Below are positions 49,392 to 58,702 of a stretch of DNA of 64,000 nucleotides, piece by piece. Both the position numbers and the translations under genes were made by a program. The stretch is from Candidatus Bathyarchaeota archaeon (GTDB taxonomy: Archaea; Thermoproteota; Bathyarchaeia; Bathyarchaeales; Bathycorpusculaceae), in the NCBI GenBank assembly GCA_963832745.1, contig CAWHVC010000001.1, forward strand, positions 64,001 through 128,000. The letters run 5' to 3'. The notes under the pieces were generated by a model. That model had not been told where the DNA came from and ran no database searches. It worked only from the letters and a program-made list of their open reading frames with translations. Numbering within the stretch: position 1 is the first letter of the stretch; every line of letters begins with the position of its first letter.

Positions 49392-51821
49392 TTATTCTTT
49401 TTTTTCTTCTCTTAGTTCCCCGTGCCCAAGCAGTTTAAAAAAGTGAATCTTTAGCGTGTCAGTAATAACAAAGGCAAGTAGCGCGTAACCCCAAACAAAT
49501 AATGCTAATTCTAAGCCAATCGGCGTCATGAAAACTCCAAAAATAGCCAATAGGGTGCCGATTACTTGGGTTGTTTCTGTTATGCCAAAAAGGTATTTTG
49601 ATGGAAGGGGGCGTTCCCAGAAATGATGAACTCCTGTTCTGGCAAGATAAATCGTAAGGTGTCCAGCCACGGTTAACTTTAAGAAAATAAGCGTTTGCAA
49701 CATGCCCATATCAAGATGCAGCACCTCTAAACCGATAAAAAACATTAGAAAACTGGTAATTACTCCAATGCCGCCAAGCAATGACGCCACAATAAGGATG
49801 TCTCGCATGTTCCAACGAACTGGTTTAGGCTGGACCTTCACGTTATCATAGGCAATTGTCATGATTGGCAAATCGTTAAGCAACGCCAAAATAACAATCA
49901 TAACAGCTGTTACAGGGTAAAAACTAAACACCAAAATAGAAAGAGTCAAAAAAATCAAAACGCGGGTTGTCTCCGCTATGCGGTAAATAGCATAATTCTG
50001 CATACGTTCAAAAATTTTACGACTCTCATTAATAGCATCAACAATCACAGAAAGCCCAAGCCTAGTAAGAACAACGTCCGCTGCTGATTTTGCTGCGTCA
50101 GTAGCGCCAGCAACTGCTATACCTGCATCTGCCTTCTTGAGTGCTGGTGCATCGTTTACTCCGTCGCCGGTCATCCCGACAATGTGACCTTGGTCTTGCA
50201 ATATCTGAACGATTTGGTATTTGTGTTCAGGAAAAACTTGCGCAAACCCGTCAGCGTTTTCAATTAACCCTTTAGTTTCACTGTCTGGCTTGTCGATAAA
50301 AGCGGAAGCAGGCAAAATGTTCTCTCCAAGATTCACTTCTCTTGAGATTTCTTTAGCAATCGCAATGTGGTCGCCAGTAACCATTTTGACGTTTATGCCC
50401 ATTTTTTTGGCGGTCTTTATTGTTTCGCCTGAATCTGATCTTGGCGGGTCATAAATCGCAATTAAACCCACATATGCCCATTCGCCTTTTTCCTGCTGCT
50501 TAGCTACGCCTAATGCACGGTAACCTTTGCTTGCAAAAGATTCAATGATTTTGTTTACTTCTTCTGTAATCGCTGTTTTGTTCTCGACTAATTCTAAAAT
50601 GACTTGTGGAGCGCCTTTAGAAACTTTAAAAGTTATATTTTCTTTTGTTTTTACCGTGGCTAATGTTCTTTTTGAAATTGGGTCAAATGGTTTAAAATCT
50701 TCTATACGGTAACTGCTTAGTTGGGCTGCAACGTCTTTGTTTGATTTAGCGTCACTCATTACAGCCTCATCTATAGGGTCACGGTTTTCCTCTCTAGAAC
50801 TCAATGCGCCAAACAACAGCACATCTTCAACGGTAAATCCGCCAAACACCTGCAACTGCGCAACGGTCAAAGCGTTCTGAGTTATTGTTCCTGTTTTATC
50901 TGAACATAAAACATCAACACCTGCTAACTCTTCTATCGATACAAGCTTGCTAACAATTGCTTCTTTTTTTGCCAATGCAATAGCGCCAACCGCCAAAGTA
51001 ACCGTTAAAACGGCGGGTAAAGCAACCGGGATAGCTGCAACCGTTAACACTAAAGCAAATTGAAGTATTTCCAGCGGGTTAACAAGACGGAAAAGTGATG
51101 CAACTACAACCATTGAAACCATAATAACGGCAAGAATGATTAGGTAATTGCCGATTCTGATAACTGCTTTCTGAAAATGGCTTCCAGTTTTTGCCGTTTC
51201 AATTAGTTTCGCTGTTTTTCCAAAATAACTACTGACGCCAGTAGCTACCACAGAAGCGTCCATTTCGCCCTGCCTAACAATCGAACCTGAAAATGCTACG
51301 TCAGAAACATGTTTTTCTGCTGGTAATGATTCGCCGGTAAGAGCGGATTCATCTAAAAGCAGATAATCGCCTATTATCAGTTTAATGTCTGCAGGAACAA
51401 TGTCGCCTAAACGAACCCTAACAATATCGTCGGGTACGAGTTCTCTTGCCGGTACTTCACGCCAATGTCCGCCTCTTAAAACCAATGCTTTTGGAGCTAA
51501 ACGTGCCTTTAAAAGTTCAATGGCGTTTTCGGCTTTGTTTTCTTGCCAGAATCCGACTATTGCGTTAACGACAAGCAGGGTTATGATTATTGAGAAGTCT
51601 TCCCAATGCTGGATAGCCACCGACAAAATGGCGGCGACTTCAATCATCCACGGGATTGGACCCCAAAAATAACCAAAAAACTTTCGAAGCGGGTTTACTT
51701 TGTGTTCAGGTAACTCGTTTGGTCCATACTGCAGTAGCCTTTTTGCTGCTTCTTCCTCACTTAACCCTTTAGATGAATCTTCTTTAACGTCTGCATTACT
51801 GCCGATTGTTGATACCTTCAA
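49392..51821 (-). CDS. Plasma-membrane proton-efflux P-type ATPase (P3A)
   Basis: WGPIPWMIE, TGES, CSDKTGT, KGAPQ, DPPR, TGDGVNDAPALK, LNDLP. Confidence 0.93.
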   Translation of the reverse strand: MKVSTIGSNADVKEDSSKGLSEEEAAKRLLQYGPNELPEHKVNPLRKFFGYFWGPIPWMIEVAAILSVAIQHWEDFSIIITLLVVNAIVGFWQENKAENAIELLKARLAPKALVLRGGHWREVPARELVPDDIVRVRLGDIVPADIKLIIGDYLLLDESALTGESLPAEKHVSDVAFSGSIVRQGEMDASVVATGVSSYFGKTAKLIETAKTGSHFQKAVIRIGNYLIILAVIMVSMVVVASLFRLVNPLEILQFALVLTVAAIPVALPAVLTVTLAVGAIALAKKEAIVSKLVSIEELAGVDVLCSDKTGTITQNALTVAQLQVFGGFTVEDVLLFGALSSREENRDPIDEAVMSDAKSNKDVAAQLSSYRIEDFKPFDPISKRTLATVKTKENITFKVSKGAPQVILELVENKTAITEEVNKIIESFASKGYRALGVAKQQEKGEWAYVGLIAIYDPPRSDSGETIKTAKKMGINVKMVTGDHIAIAKEISREVNLGENILPASAFIDKPDSETKGLIENADGFAQVFPEHKYQIVQILQDQGHIVGMTGDGVNDAPALKKADAGIAVAGATDAAKSAADVVLTRLGLSVIVDAINESRKIFERMQNYAIYRIAETTRVLIFLTLSILVFSFYPVTAVMIVILALLNDLPIMTIAYDNVKVQPKPVRWNMRDILIVASLLGGIGVITSFLMFFIGLEVLHLDMGMLQTLIFLKLTVAGHLTIYLARTGVHHFWERPLPSKYLFGITETTQVIGTLLAIFGVFMTPIGLELALFVWGYALLAFVITDTLKIHFFKLLGHGELREEKKE

Positions 51822-51891
51822 AAAACCCTGATAAACCTAAAAAGCTCAGATGCAACCTTTTACTTAAGCCTTTTCCAAAAACAAAAAACAG

Positions 51892-53346
51892 TTAAGAGTT
51901 AAAAAACAGTCGGGTTTCACCCATTGTTTTAACATCCAACGCTCTGACACGTGCCACTATTGGAAAATCATGCACAACTTTGCCCAATGCAAGGCAATGG
52001 TGAGGTGGCAAGTCGCGGGCTATGCTGCGGACGGTTTCCGCGTCAACACGGGCAGCCCTTGAAACCACGTCAAGGTCGTGTTCGTTGGTAAAGTTAAAGA
52101 GGAAAATGTTGTCGGCTTGGCGATAAATGGTTTCTTGGATTGTGTCGGGCTGGTTTGTGATGAAAGTTGTGAATATGCCGAAGTGACGCATGCGGGTGAC
52201 GATGTCGTCCCAATATGTTTCCCTTAGGTATAGGTGGGCTTCTTCTGCAAATAGGAAAACGGCTTTTAGTTTCCAGTTAGAAAGCGAATCAACCAGTTTG
52301 CCCAGCACATATTCAACGACGATTTGGCGGTCAATATTTGACGTGTTTTTCAGGTTAACAACGATGGCGCCGCCGTTCTGTTTGGCTTTAAGCAAGGCTT
52401 CTTCCAGCAATGTTGCCTCGCCCGGGCAATCTGTGAAAAATCCCGAGTTTGAAAGAGAATGAAACCGTGAGTTAAGGGCATCCCGCACGTGCTGGTTGCA
52501 GTTCAAGTCACGTATAGCTTCGCCAAGTTGCTGCATACTCAAAATGCCTCTGTCTTTTAGGGATTTCCACAATCTCCGAAACTCTCTTGCTGAAGTTCCC
52601 GGCAAATGCAATGCATGCACCAAAATACCCATAACCGTGTTTAACGGCAGCTGGTCCAACGATACTTTGAAGTTTTGGCCCGGGGTTAGCGTGTGGATTT
52701 TGTCATAGTAACTGTTTCTTTTGCCGTCGTTAGTCATGCCTAGACAGGTGTATTCTCCGTTTAGATCAAAGATTACGACTGTTGCTTTGTACCCGACAAG
52801 GTTGACCATTAAGAGTTTGGATAGATGCGATTTGCCACAGCCCTTCTTTCCCGTGACGATGTTAAGTGTGCCGTCAATGCATGAAGCATCAATGGTGAGT
52901 AGCGAGGAGTCTTTGGTGCCGCCAAGCAAGATTGGCAGGTTGCCGTCTACTTTGGCCATTTTCAGCAGCACTGGAATTGATAATTTCTTGATGATGGAAC
53001 CGGACCGGCTGGGCAGCCAACTGCTGCTTGGGCTAAGCATGCCATTTTCAAGGGTGGCACGGATTTTGCAGACCAAAAGTGTGGCGTCTTGAATGTATGT
53101 GATGTGTGGCGCAATTTCGAGGGGGTCTATGTCTTCACCTTGCAGGGATTCGCCGCCGTCAGGAAGAGTTCGCAAAAGCTCTTCTAAGACACCAGGGACA
53201 GCCGCAAACTGTACATCAATCACTTGTGCAATCAACGCCTTATTCTCGTCGCCTTCCTGCACCATCAGGTAGTCGCCTTTTTCTGCTGATTCAGTTGGAA
53301 AACTGATGATTTGAAGAATGTTGCCTTCTTTTCTGTAGAGCTTCAT
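51892..53346 (-). CDS. herA: HerA-like ATPase (DUF87)
   Basis: Walker A GKKGCGKS, FDLNGEY, Walker B FAEEAH, RMRHFG, TNQP. Confidence 0.82.
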   Translation of the reverse strand: MKLYRKEGNILQIISFPTESAEKGDYLMVQEGDENKALIAQVIDVQFAAVPGVLEELLRTLPDGGESLQGEDIDPLEIAPHITYIQDATLLVCKIRATLENGMLSPSSSWLPSRSGSIIKKLSIPVLLKMAKVDGNLPILLGGTKDSSLLTIDASCIDGTLNIVTGKKGCGKSHLSKLLMVNLVGYKATVVIFDLNGEYTCLGMTNDGKRNSYYDKIHTLTPGQNFKVSLDQLPLNTVMGILVHALHLPGTSAREFRRLWKSLKDRGILSMQQLGEAIRDLNCNQHVRDALNSRFHSLSNSGFFTDCPGEATLLEEALLKAKQNGGAIVVNLKNTSNIDRQIVVEYVLGKLVDSLSNWKLKAVFLFAEEAHLYLRETYWDDIVTRMRHFGIFTTFITNQPDTIQETIYRQADNIFLFNFTNEHDLDVVSRAARVDAETVRSIARDLPPHHCLALGKVVHDFPIVARVRALDVKTMGETRLFFNS

Positions 53347-54410
53347 TAGCTGCTCTCCCTCCCGAATGGTCCGAAAAGCAGTTTGTGCATGTCTGGACGG
53401 TTGATGATTCGGATGCCATGCTTGCGAGTGATAAAATGCTGCATCGCCAACACTTCGTTAGCAGTAAACGTGCATAGGACATGAGCAAGGCGAAGCGTTT
53501 CAGGGTAACTTTGGTTATACAAGTCATTTCCCAGCAGGCGTTGTAGCGCGTCGATGCGTTGTTGCCGTTCCGTTTCGTAATCAATGTCTAGGCGGAAAGC
53601 CATATTTGCGCGGTTGAGTCGTGCCACGTAAACGTCGCCTAAAAGCACTGTTGGCGCTTTGGAGAACAGGCCAGTGGTTTCAAGCAGGTAAGGTGGGTCA
53701 TGCATGGGCAGTTGGTCAGTAATTAAGTGCCCATTGGTACGAAGAGTGGTTGCTTTAGAAAAAGCCATAACGGTCGTGCAGTTTTGTCGTGCCAAGCTTA
53801 AGATTTCTTTTAAACGAACGGTCGGCGTATCAAAGGTGCCCGCAGTTAAAGAGCCATCAAAGAGCAGTACGCCCTGTTTCACGGTTTTTGCCATCATTGT
53901 CTGCAGCCACCGTTCAAGGATGCTGGCGAGGCGTGTGGGCATTTGCATCAGGTTTGGCGCGGCTTGATGGGTGAGTTGTACATAGTTGGTGTTGAAGTAG
54001 GCTTTTTCGAGTTCGGTGTAAACTTGGTTTTTGTTTTCTTCTGTTACGTGGAAGACAAAGGGGCCTAAGCGGTTGTATTTGTAGGTGTGGTTTTGTCGCC
54101 ATGTTGCTGCTCCGCGGACTGCGATGATGATGCCTGTTTGGGTTTCGCCTATTTTCATTGTTGATGTGTCTACTGCGGCGACTATTGTTTGTTGGTGAAT
54201 GGGTTTTAGGTTGATTGGTGTTGGTTTGAGTTGTAGGGTGGAAATGTATGGGTTTGGGTTGTTTAGTGGGTTTAGTTGGGTGGGGTTGTGTTGGATTTGG
54301 CGTAGTGAGGCTATTGATTGTTCGTGGAATCTTTGTGGTAGTGTTGTGTCGATTGTGGGTTGTGGAAAGTTATATGTGGGAGTTGTTACTGTATATTGTT
54401 CAATCACCAT
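53346..54410 (-). CDS. nurA: NurA-like nuclease
   Basis: AVDTS, LFDGSL, FSKAT, YPETLRLAH; translationally coupled to the herA-like gene. Confidence 0.8.
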   Translation of the reverse strand: MVIEQYTVTTPTYNFPQPTIDTTLPQRFHEQSIASLRQIQHNPTQLNPLNNPNPYISTLQLKPTPINLKPIHQQTIVAAVDTSTMKIGETQTGIIIAVRGAATWRQNHTYKYNRLGPFVFHVTEENKNQVYTELEKAYFNTNYVQLTHQAAPNLMQMPTRLASILERWLQTMMAKTVKQGVLLFDGSLTAGTFDTPTVRLKEILSLARQNCTTVMAFSKATTLRTNGHLITDQLPMHDPPYLLETTGLFSKAPTVLLGDVYVARLNRANMAFRLDIDYETERQQRIDALQRLLGNDLYNQSYPETLRLAHVLCTFTANEVLAMQHFITRKHGIRIINRPDMHKLLFGPFGRESS

Positions 54411-54412
54411 GA

Positions 54413-54477
54413 TTCACCAATATTCAATAGTGATTATTGGTGAAATATTTAAAGAATGTGCATGCGCATCATGCACA
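54413..54477. promoter_or_regulatory. Two palindromes flanking the nurA TATA box
   Basis: TTCACCAATA-N12-TATTGGTGAA (54413-54444) and TGTGCATG-N5-CATGCACA (54457-54477) around ATATTTAAAG. Confidence 0.7.
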
Positions 54478-54501
54478 ATTCAATATACAATAGGTGTAAA
54501 C

Positions 54502-54921
54502 TTGACACAACCACAGCAAAACCCACCATTACGCGTAAAAATGAAAATCGGCGACATAGAATTCGAAATAGAAGCCCAACCAGACCAAATCCAAACAGCC
54601 GTCGACCGCATACTAACCAGCGTCACAGAACACCTAAAAAACACCAACCTCGCCCAAATCACCCGCCAAGCCACCGAACGCCCCGCCCCACTACCCCGAG
54701 CCGAAACATGCAGAGGCGTAATCCAAAAACTCTGGGAAGAAAACTACTTCATCCAACCCCGAGGCCTCGATGAAGTCCACACAGAACTCGCACGCAAAGG
54801 GTTCCACTACGACCGAACCGCCGTAGCACACGCACTGGTCGATCTAGTCAAGGATAACATTTTAACGCGAATTGGCAAAGCCCGACGTTATCAATACGCA
54901 CAAAAAAGGCCGCCAACTTAA
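54502..54921 (+). CDS. Small protein with C-terminal winged-helix domain
   Basis: TTG start after AGGTG; IQKLWEENYF..PRGLDEV...GFHYDRTAVAHALVDLVKDNILTR.G..RRYQY. Confidence 0.7.
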   Translation: MTQPQQNPPLRVKMKIGDIEFEIEAQPDQIQTAVDRILTSVTEHLKNTNLAQITRQATERPAPLPRAETCRGVIQKLWEENYFIQPRGLDEVHTELARKGFHYDRTAVAHALVDLVKDNILTRIGKARRYQYAQKRPPT

Positions 54922-54967
54922 CCTTTTTAGTTAATTTACCAATTTTTAAATAAAAAATCAGTAACCT

Positions 54968-55477
54968 ATGCATATGGACATTAGAGATTTAATTGGTTAC
55001 AACCACACCGTACGCAGGCTCTACCTTGATTCATTCGCTAAGCTGCCGTGGAGTGAAGTTGTTAAGCCTCGGGGCGCCAGCTTTGATTCTTTGCGGGACG
55101 TGTTTTTGCATTTAACGCTGGTTGAGGACCGCTGGGTAAACTATGTAATTCCCGACTGCTTCAGCCTATGGGTTGACCCAGTTTTAGATGACTTCAAAGA
55201 CTTGGAATCCCTAAAAAAATATGCACTTAGGGTGGAAGAGAAAATCCAGACTTATCTGCAAAAGCTGACACCGGAAGAGTTGAAGCGCGAAATCGAGGTG
55301 CCTTGGGGCGAAAAGCCTTACGCATATCTCAGGGTCGAGGATGTTTTAACTCACATGGTAATGGAGGACATGGTGCATTACGGCGAACTTTCGGCGTTGC
55401 TTTGGCAGATGGGGCAAGAAGCTCCATACAAGGCATACTGGCGGTACAAAAATCAGCTAAACAAGCAAAAAACTTGA
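54968..55477 (+). CDS. DinB family protein
   Basis: SLRDVFLHL..VEDRW, LTHMVMEDMVHYGEL. Confidence 0.85.
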   Translation: MHMDIRDLIGYNHTVRRLYLDSFAKLPWSEVVKPRGASFDSLRDVFLHLTLVEDRWVNYVIPDCFSLWVDPVLDDFKDLESLKKYALRVEEKIQTYLQKLTPEELKREIEVPWGEKPYAYLRVEDVLTHMVMEDMVHYGELSALLWQMGQEAPYKAYWRYKNQLNKQKT

Positions 55478-55593
55478 ATCAACCTTTTTTAGCAGAAAAC
55501 CGCTTCGTTTGGTTTAGAAAAGGTTTATAGTATTTCCCCGAGATAGTAAATACTGTATTTTTTAGCTAAACTTTTGTTGGAGGTGAATTTTTT

Positions 55594-56031
55594 ATGGCTG
55601 ATATTGTTGACACAGCAGTTTCTTCAGGCAAATTTAACACTCTTGTTACAGCAGTAAAAGCAGCAGGCCTCGTTGACACCTTAAAAGGCCCCGGGCCATT
55701 CACTGTTTTCGCGCCAACCGATGAAGCATTTGCCAAACTCCCCGCAGGCACCATTGACTCTCTCCTGAAAGATATTCCGAAACTAAAAAACATTCTAATG
55801 TACCATGTTACTGAAGGAAAAATGATGGCGGCAGATTTAGATAAGCATGAGTACCTGCAAGCGCTTAATGGCGGAGAACTAAAAATTGACAATAAACGTT
55901 GGCACCTGCATAGGCACATGAAAATTAACGACGCAAGCATCATAACCCCTGATATAATGGTGGATAACGGGGTTTGTCACGCAATCGACCAAGTGCTGAT
56001 GCCAAAAATGGTTGAAAGTAAGTCAATGTGA
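55594..56031 (+). CDS. Fasciclin (FAS1) domain protein
   Basis: GPFTVFAPTDEAF, NGVCHAIDQVL; GGAGGTGA Shine-Dalgarno. Confidence 0.92.
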   Translation: MADIVDTAVSSGKFNTLVTAVKAAGLVDTLKGPGPFTVFAPTDEAFAKLPAGTIDSLLKDIPKLKNILMYHVTEGKMMAADLDKHEYLQALNGGELKIDNKRWHLHRHMKINDASIITPDIMVDNGVCHAIDQVLMPKMVESKSM

Positions 56032-56202
56032 GTCAAAGCGTGATTCCTTTTTTGTTTTTAGCCCTTTTTCTATAATGTTAACGCTTTTCTTCTTAGGGAT
56101 AGGTGTTATCAGGTTAGATTAAAACCATTAACATGTTGAAAACCACGACAAATTTGGAGTTACAGATAAAAGCGCACGTGTCCTTAAGGCTTTAACAAGA
56201 AA

Positions 56203-57078
56203 TTGATGTTAATGGATTCCCCAAGCAAGGCATTAACTAAAAAAGCCCTGTTAATCATCGCAGTCTCCTATTTATTATACAATATTTACCAAGCATTAAT
56301 CACTACAATGTTTGTTCTGCATTTTCCAACAGCAATAACGCAGCTTTCAAATTTTATAGAAAGCTCACAGCCATTCTTGCAGTTAGGGCTTTTCGTGTTT
56401 CAAGAGTCTTCTGCTTCAATTGGGGTTTACCTGCGTTTAGCTGCTGGAGTATTCGCAGTTTACTCTACTATTCTACTCCTAAAAGGTAACAAGGGATACC
56501 TAAATTCCGCAAAGAAAATGCTGCTCTTAGAATCACTCTATTTTGCCCTCTTAATCCCAGCAGCCATAAATCAAACCGTAGGTTACTTTATCTCTTCAGG
56601 CCCATTTCTGAACATAAACGCGGGAATTTCCGATTGGCTACAGGCATTGCTAATTTTTCCACCGCTATTTGTGCTAAGTCGCCGTCTAAAAGAACCCGTC
56701 TGGGGCTCTTCAAATTTGAAACTAGCAGGCTTTGCAGGTTCAATGTATCTTTTCGGTTTATGGGTACAGCACGGCTTCATTTGGGTAATTGCATTTTCCC
56801 AATCCACACAAACCCTGCCTGCAATGGTTGGATTGGTGAATTCTTGGGTCACTTTGCTTGCCGCTGCGATTGTTTGGACACTTGCATGGTTAACCTTCAA
56901 ACAGGAAAAACCGCTTTTTGGTGTTGCCTTAATTCTTGCAGGCGGCTATTCTCTGGTTTATTTGCTTATTGCCGTTTGGGTGCCGCTTTACCTTGCTTTT
57001 TTGCCTTTAACAGAGTTCTGGATGGTGTCTTGGCTGGTTTTGGGAGCTGCAGTGTTGATGGATTCACACAAAAAATAG
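56203..57078 (+). CDS. Hypothetical polytopic membrane protein
   Basis: About 8 hydrophobic segments. Confidence 0.65.
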   Translation: MMLMDSPSKALTKKALLIIAVSYLLYNIYQALITTMFVLHFPTAITQLSNFIESSQPFLQLGLFVFQESSASIGVYLRLAAGVFAVYSTILLLKGNKGYLNSAKKMLLLESLYFALLIPAAINQTVGYFISSGPFLNINAGISDWLQALLIFPPLFVLSRRLKEPVWGSSNLKLAGFAGSMYLFGLWVQHGFIWVIAFSQSTQTLPAMVGLVNSWVTLLAAAIVWTLAWLTFKQEKPLFGVALILAGGYSLVYLLIAVWVPLYLAFLPLTEFWMVSWLVLGAAVLMDSHKK

Positions 57079-57083
57079 TATAA

Positions 57084-57452
57084 CTATACTGTTTGGTTGT
57101 GTCTTATTGTTTGGTATGCTATTGCAATGATTATTAGGCTCCACGTTAGCGTGATTAGGATTGCGTAGCTTGGAAAGAATACGTATGTGCCAAAAATTCT
57201 TTGAAAAACTGTGATTGCGATGGCAAGTTTGGGCGCCCAACTCCGTTTTTTATGCAAGCCAAACAACGTAATTGCATACGTGATGGCTGCTGCTCCCGCT
57301 TCGGCGCCGACGATGGTGAAGCCTAACCTGTAAATGCTCCATTGCGTAGATGGAGCCAAACCCCAAATTAAAATGGCAATAACGTCTAATGCTATGTTGG
57401 CTGCAACTAGACCGGTAAGTACCATATGGTACGTGATTTTCAAATGCACCAT
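57084..57452 (-). CDS. Hypothetical 4-TM membrane protein
   Basis: Four hydrophobic segments. Confidence 0.6.
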   Translation of the reverse strand: MVHLKITYHMVLTGLVAANIALDVIAILIWGLAPSTQWSIYRLGFTIVGAEAGAAAITYAITLFGLHKKRSWAPKLAIAITVFQRIFGTYVFFPSYAILITLTWSLIIIAIAYQTIRHNQTV

Positions 57453-57553
57453 CTTCTCACTGAACCCTCAGCGGACACTAATTTACCTGTCGATTCATCG
57501 AGCCTTAAAATTAGGCGCCAAACATATAACCTATTTAAACTATAAAGACGACC

Positions 57554-58633
57554 ATGTTTCGTCAATATAGGCAGCCAAGCGTTTACATTGAAGAAGTCTC
57601 TGTTGGACCCAAACCCATCCAAGGTGTAAGCACAAGTACTGCAGCGTTTTTAGGTGAAACCGCGAAGGGTCCAGACACGCCAACGTTAATTACGAGTTGG
57701 CTTCAGTTCCAGCGGGTTTTCGGTGGCTACTTTGGCGAAGACAAATTTTTGCCTTACGCTGTTGAAGGTTTCTTCTTAAATGGAGGCCAACGCTGCTTCA
57801 TCAGAAAAGTCGCCGACAACAATTATGCGGCTGCCCTTTCTGAACTTGAAAAGAACGACGAAATTGCTTTAGTTTATGCGCCAAACGCTCAAGCAATACT
57901 CGGCTTATCAGAGTTGATTTTGAGCCATTGCGAAAAGTTGCGCAATAGGTTTGCAATTATTGATTCACTAAAAAGCCAAGCGCCCGCTAACGTTTCTAAA
58001 CCACGTGCATGCTCGTTTGCCGCATTGTATTATCCATGGATTCAAATCCAACTGGCTACAACAGGCAAACTTTGCTTGGTTCCGCCGGGAGGTCATCTTG
58101 CAGGCATTTATGCCAGAACTGACCTTGGATTGGGGGTGAATAAGGCGCCAGCAAATCAGCCTGTTCGGGGTGCGGTTGGCTTAGAATTTGCTGTTAAGGA
58201 AGTGGAACAAGGTAATCTTAACCTTCAAGGCATCAACTGCATCCGAAACTTTCCCGGAAGAGGCATCTTGGTTTGGGGTGCCCGAACACTATCAAGCAAT
58301 CCAGAATTCAAGTACGTTAACGTGCAGAGACTTATGATTTATCTTGAACAGTCAATCAGCAATGGCACACAATGGGCAATATTTGAACCTAACAATCAAG
58401 CGACATGGACAAGAGCGAAGGTTGCTGTTGAGACTTTTCTTTACAGTTGTTGGCAAACTGGAATGTTAATGGGTAAAAAACCCCAAGAAGCCTATTTTGC
58501 CAGATGCGACCGCACAACCATGACCCAAAGTGACATTGATAACGGTAAATTGATAATTCAAGTCGGCGTGGCTCCAGTTAAGCCTGCCGAATTCATGATC
58601 TTCCGGGTCAGCCAAAAGATGGCTTCACCATAA
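57554..58633 (+). CDS. Contractile tail sheath protein (eCIS / phage tail sheath family)
   Basis: PSVYIEEV, TSTAAFLG, GFFLNGG, ALYYPW, KAPAN, VWGARTL, FEPN, GVAPVKPAEF. Confidence 0.92.
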   Translation: MFRQYRQPSVYIEEVSVGPKPIQGVSTSTAAFLGETAKGPDTPTLITSWLQFQRVFGGYFGEDKFLPYAVEGFFLNGGQRCFIRKVADNNYAAALSELEKNDEIALVYAPNAQAILGLSELILSHCEKLRNRFAIIDSLKSQAPANVSKPRACSFAALYYPWIQIQLATTGKLCLVPPGGHLAGIYARTDLGLGVNKAPANQPVRGAVGLEFAVKEVEQGNLNLQGINCIRNFPGRGILVWGARTLSSNPEFKYVNVQRLMIYLEQSISNGTQWAIFEPNNQATWTRAKVAVETFLYSCWQTGMLMGKKPQEAYFARCDRTTMTQSDIDNGKLIIQVGVAPVKPAEFMIFRVSQKMASP

Positions 58634-58653
58634 ATTTTCTATCTATTTGGCGT

Positions 58654-58702
58654 CTATTTGGATCCTATTAGAAGTTCTATGCAGAAAGCTATAGGGGGTA
58701 GG
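58654..58702 (+). repeat. Dispersed ~45-bp intergenic repeat, copy 2
   Basis: CTATTTGGATCCTATTAGAAgttcTATGCAGAAAgctataGGGGGTAGG versus 30167-30214. Confidence 0.85.

Noticed and set aside
54199-54501. Long N-terminal extension of ORF 54199..54921
   Set aside because: It overlaps nurA antisense in a G/T-skewed tract; the TTG at 54502 with an upstream AGGTG is the better start
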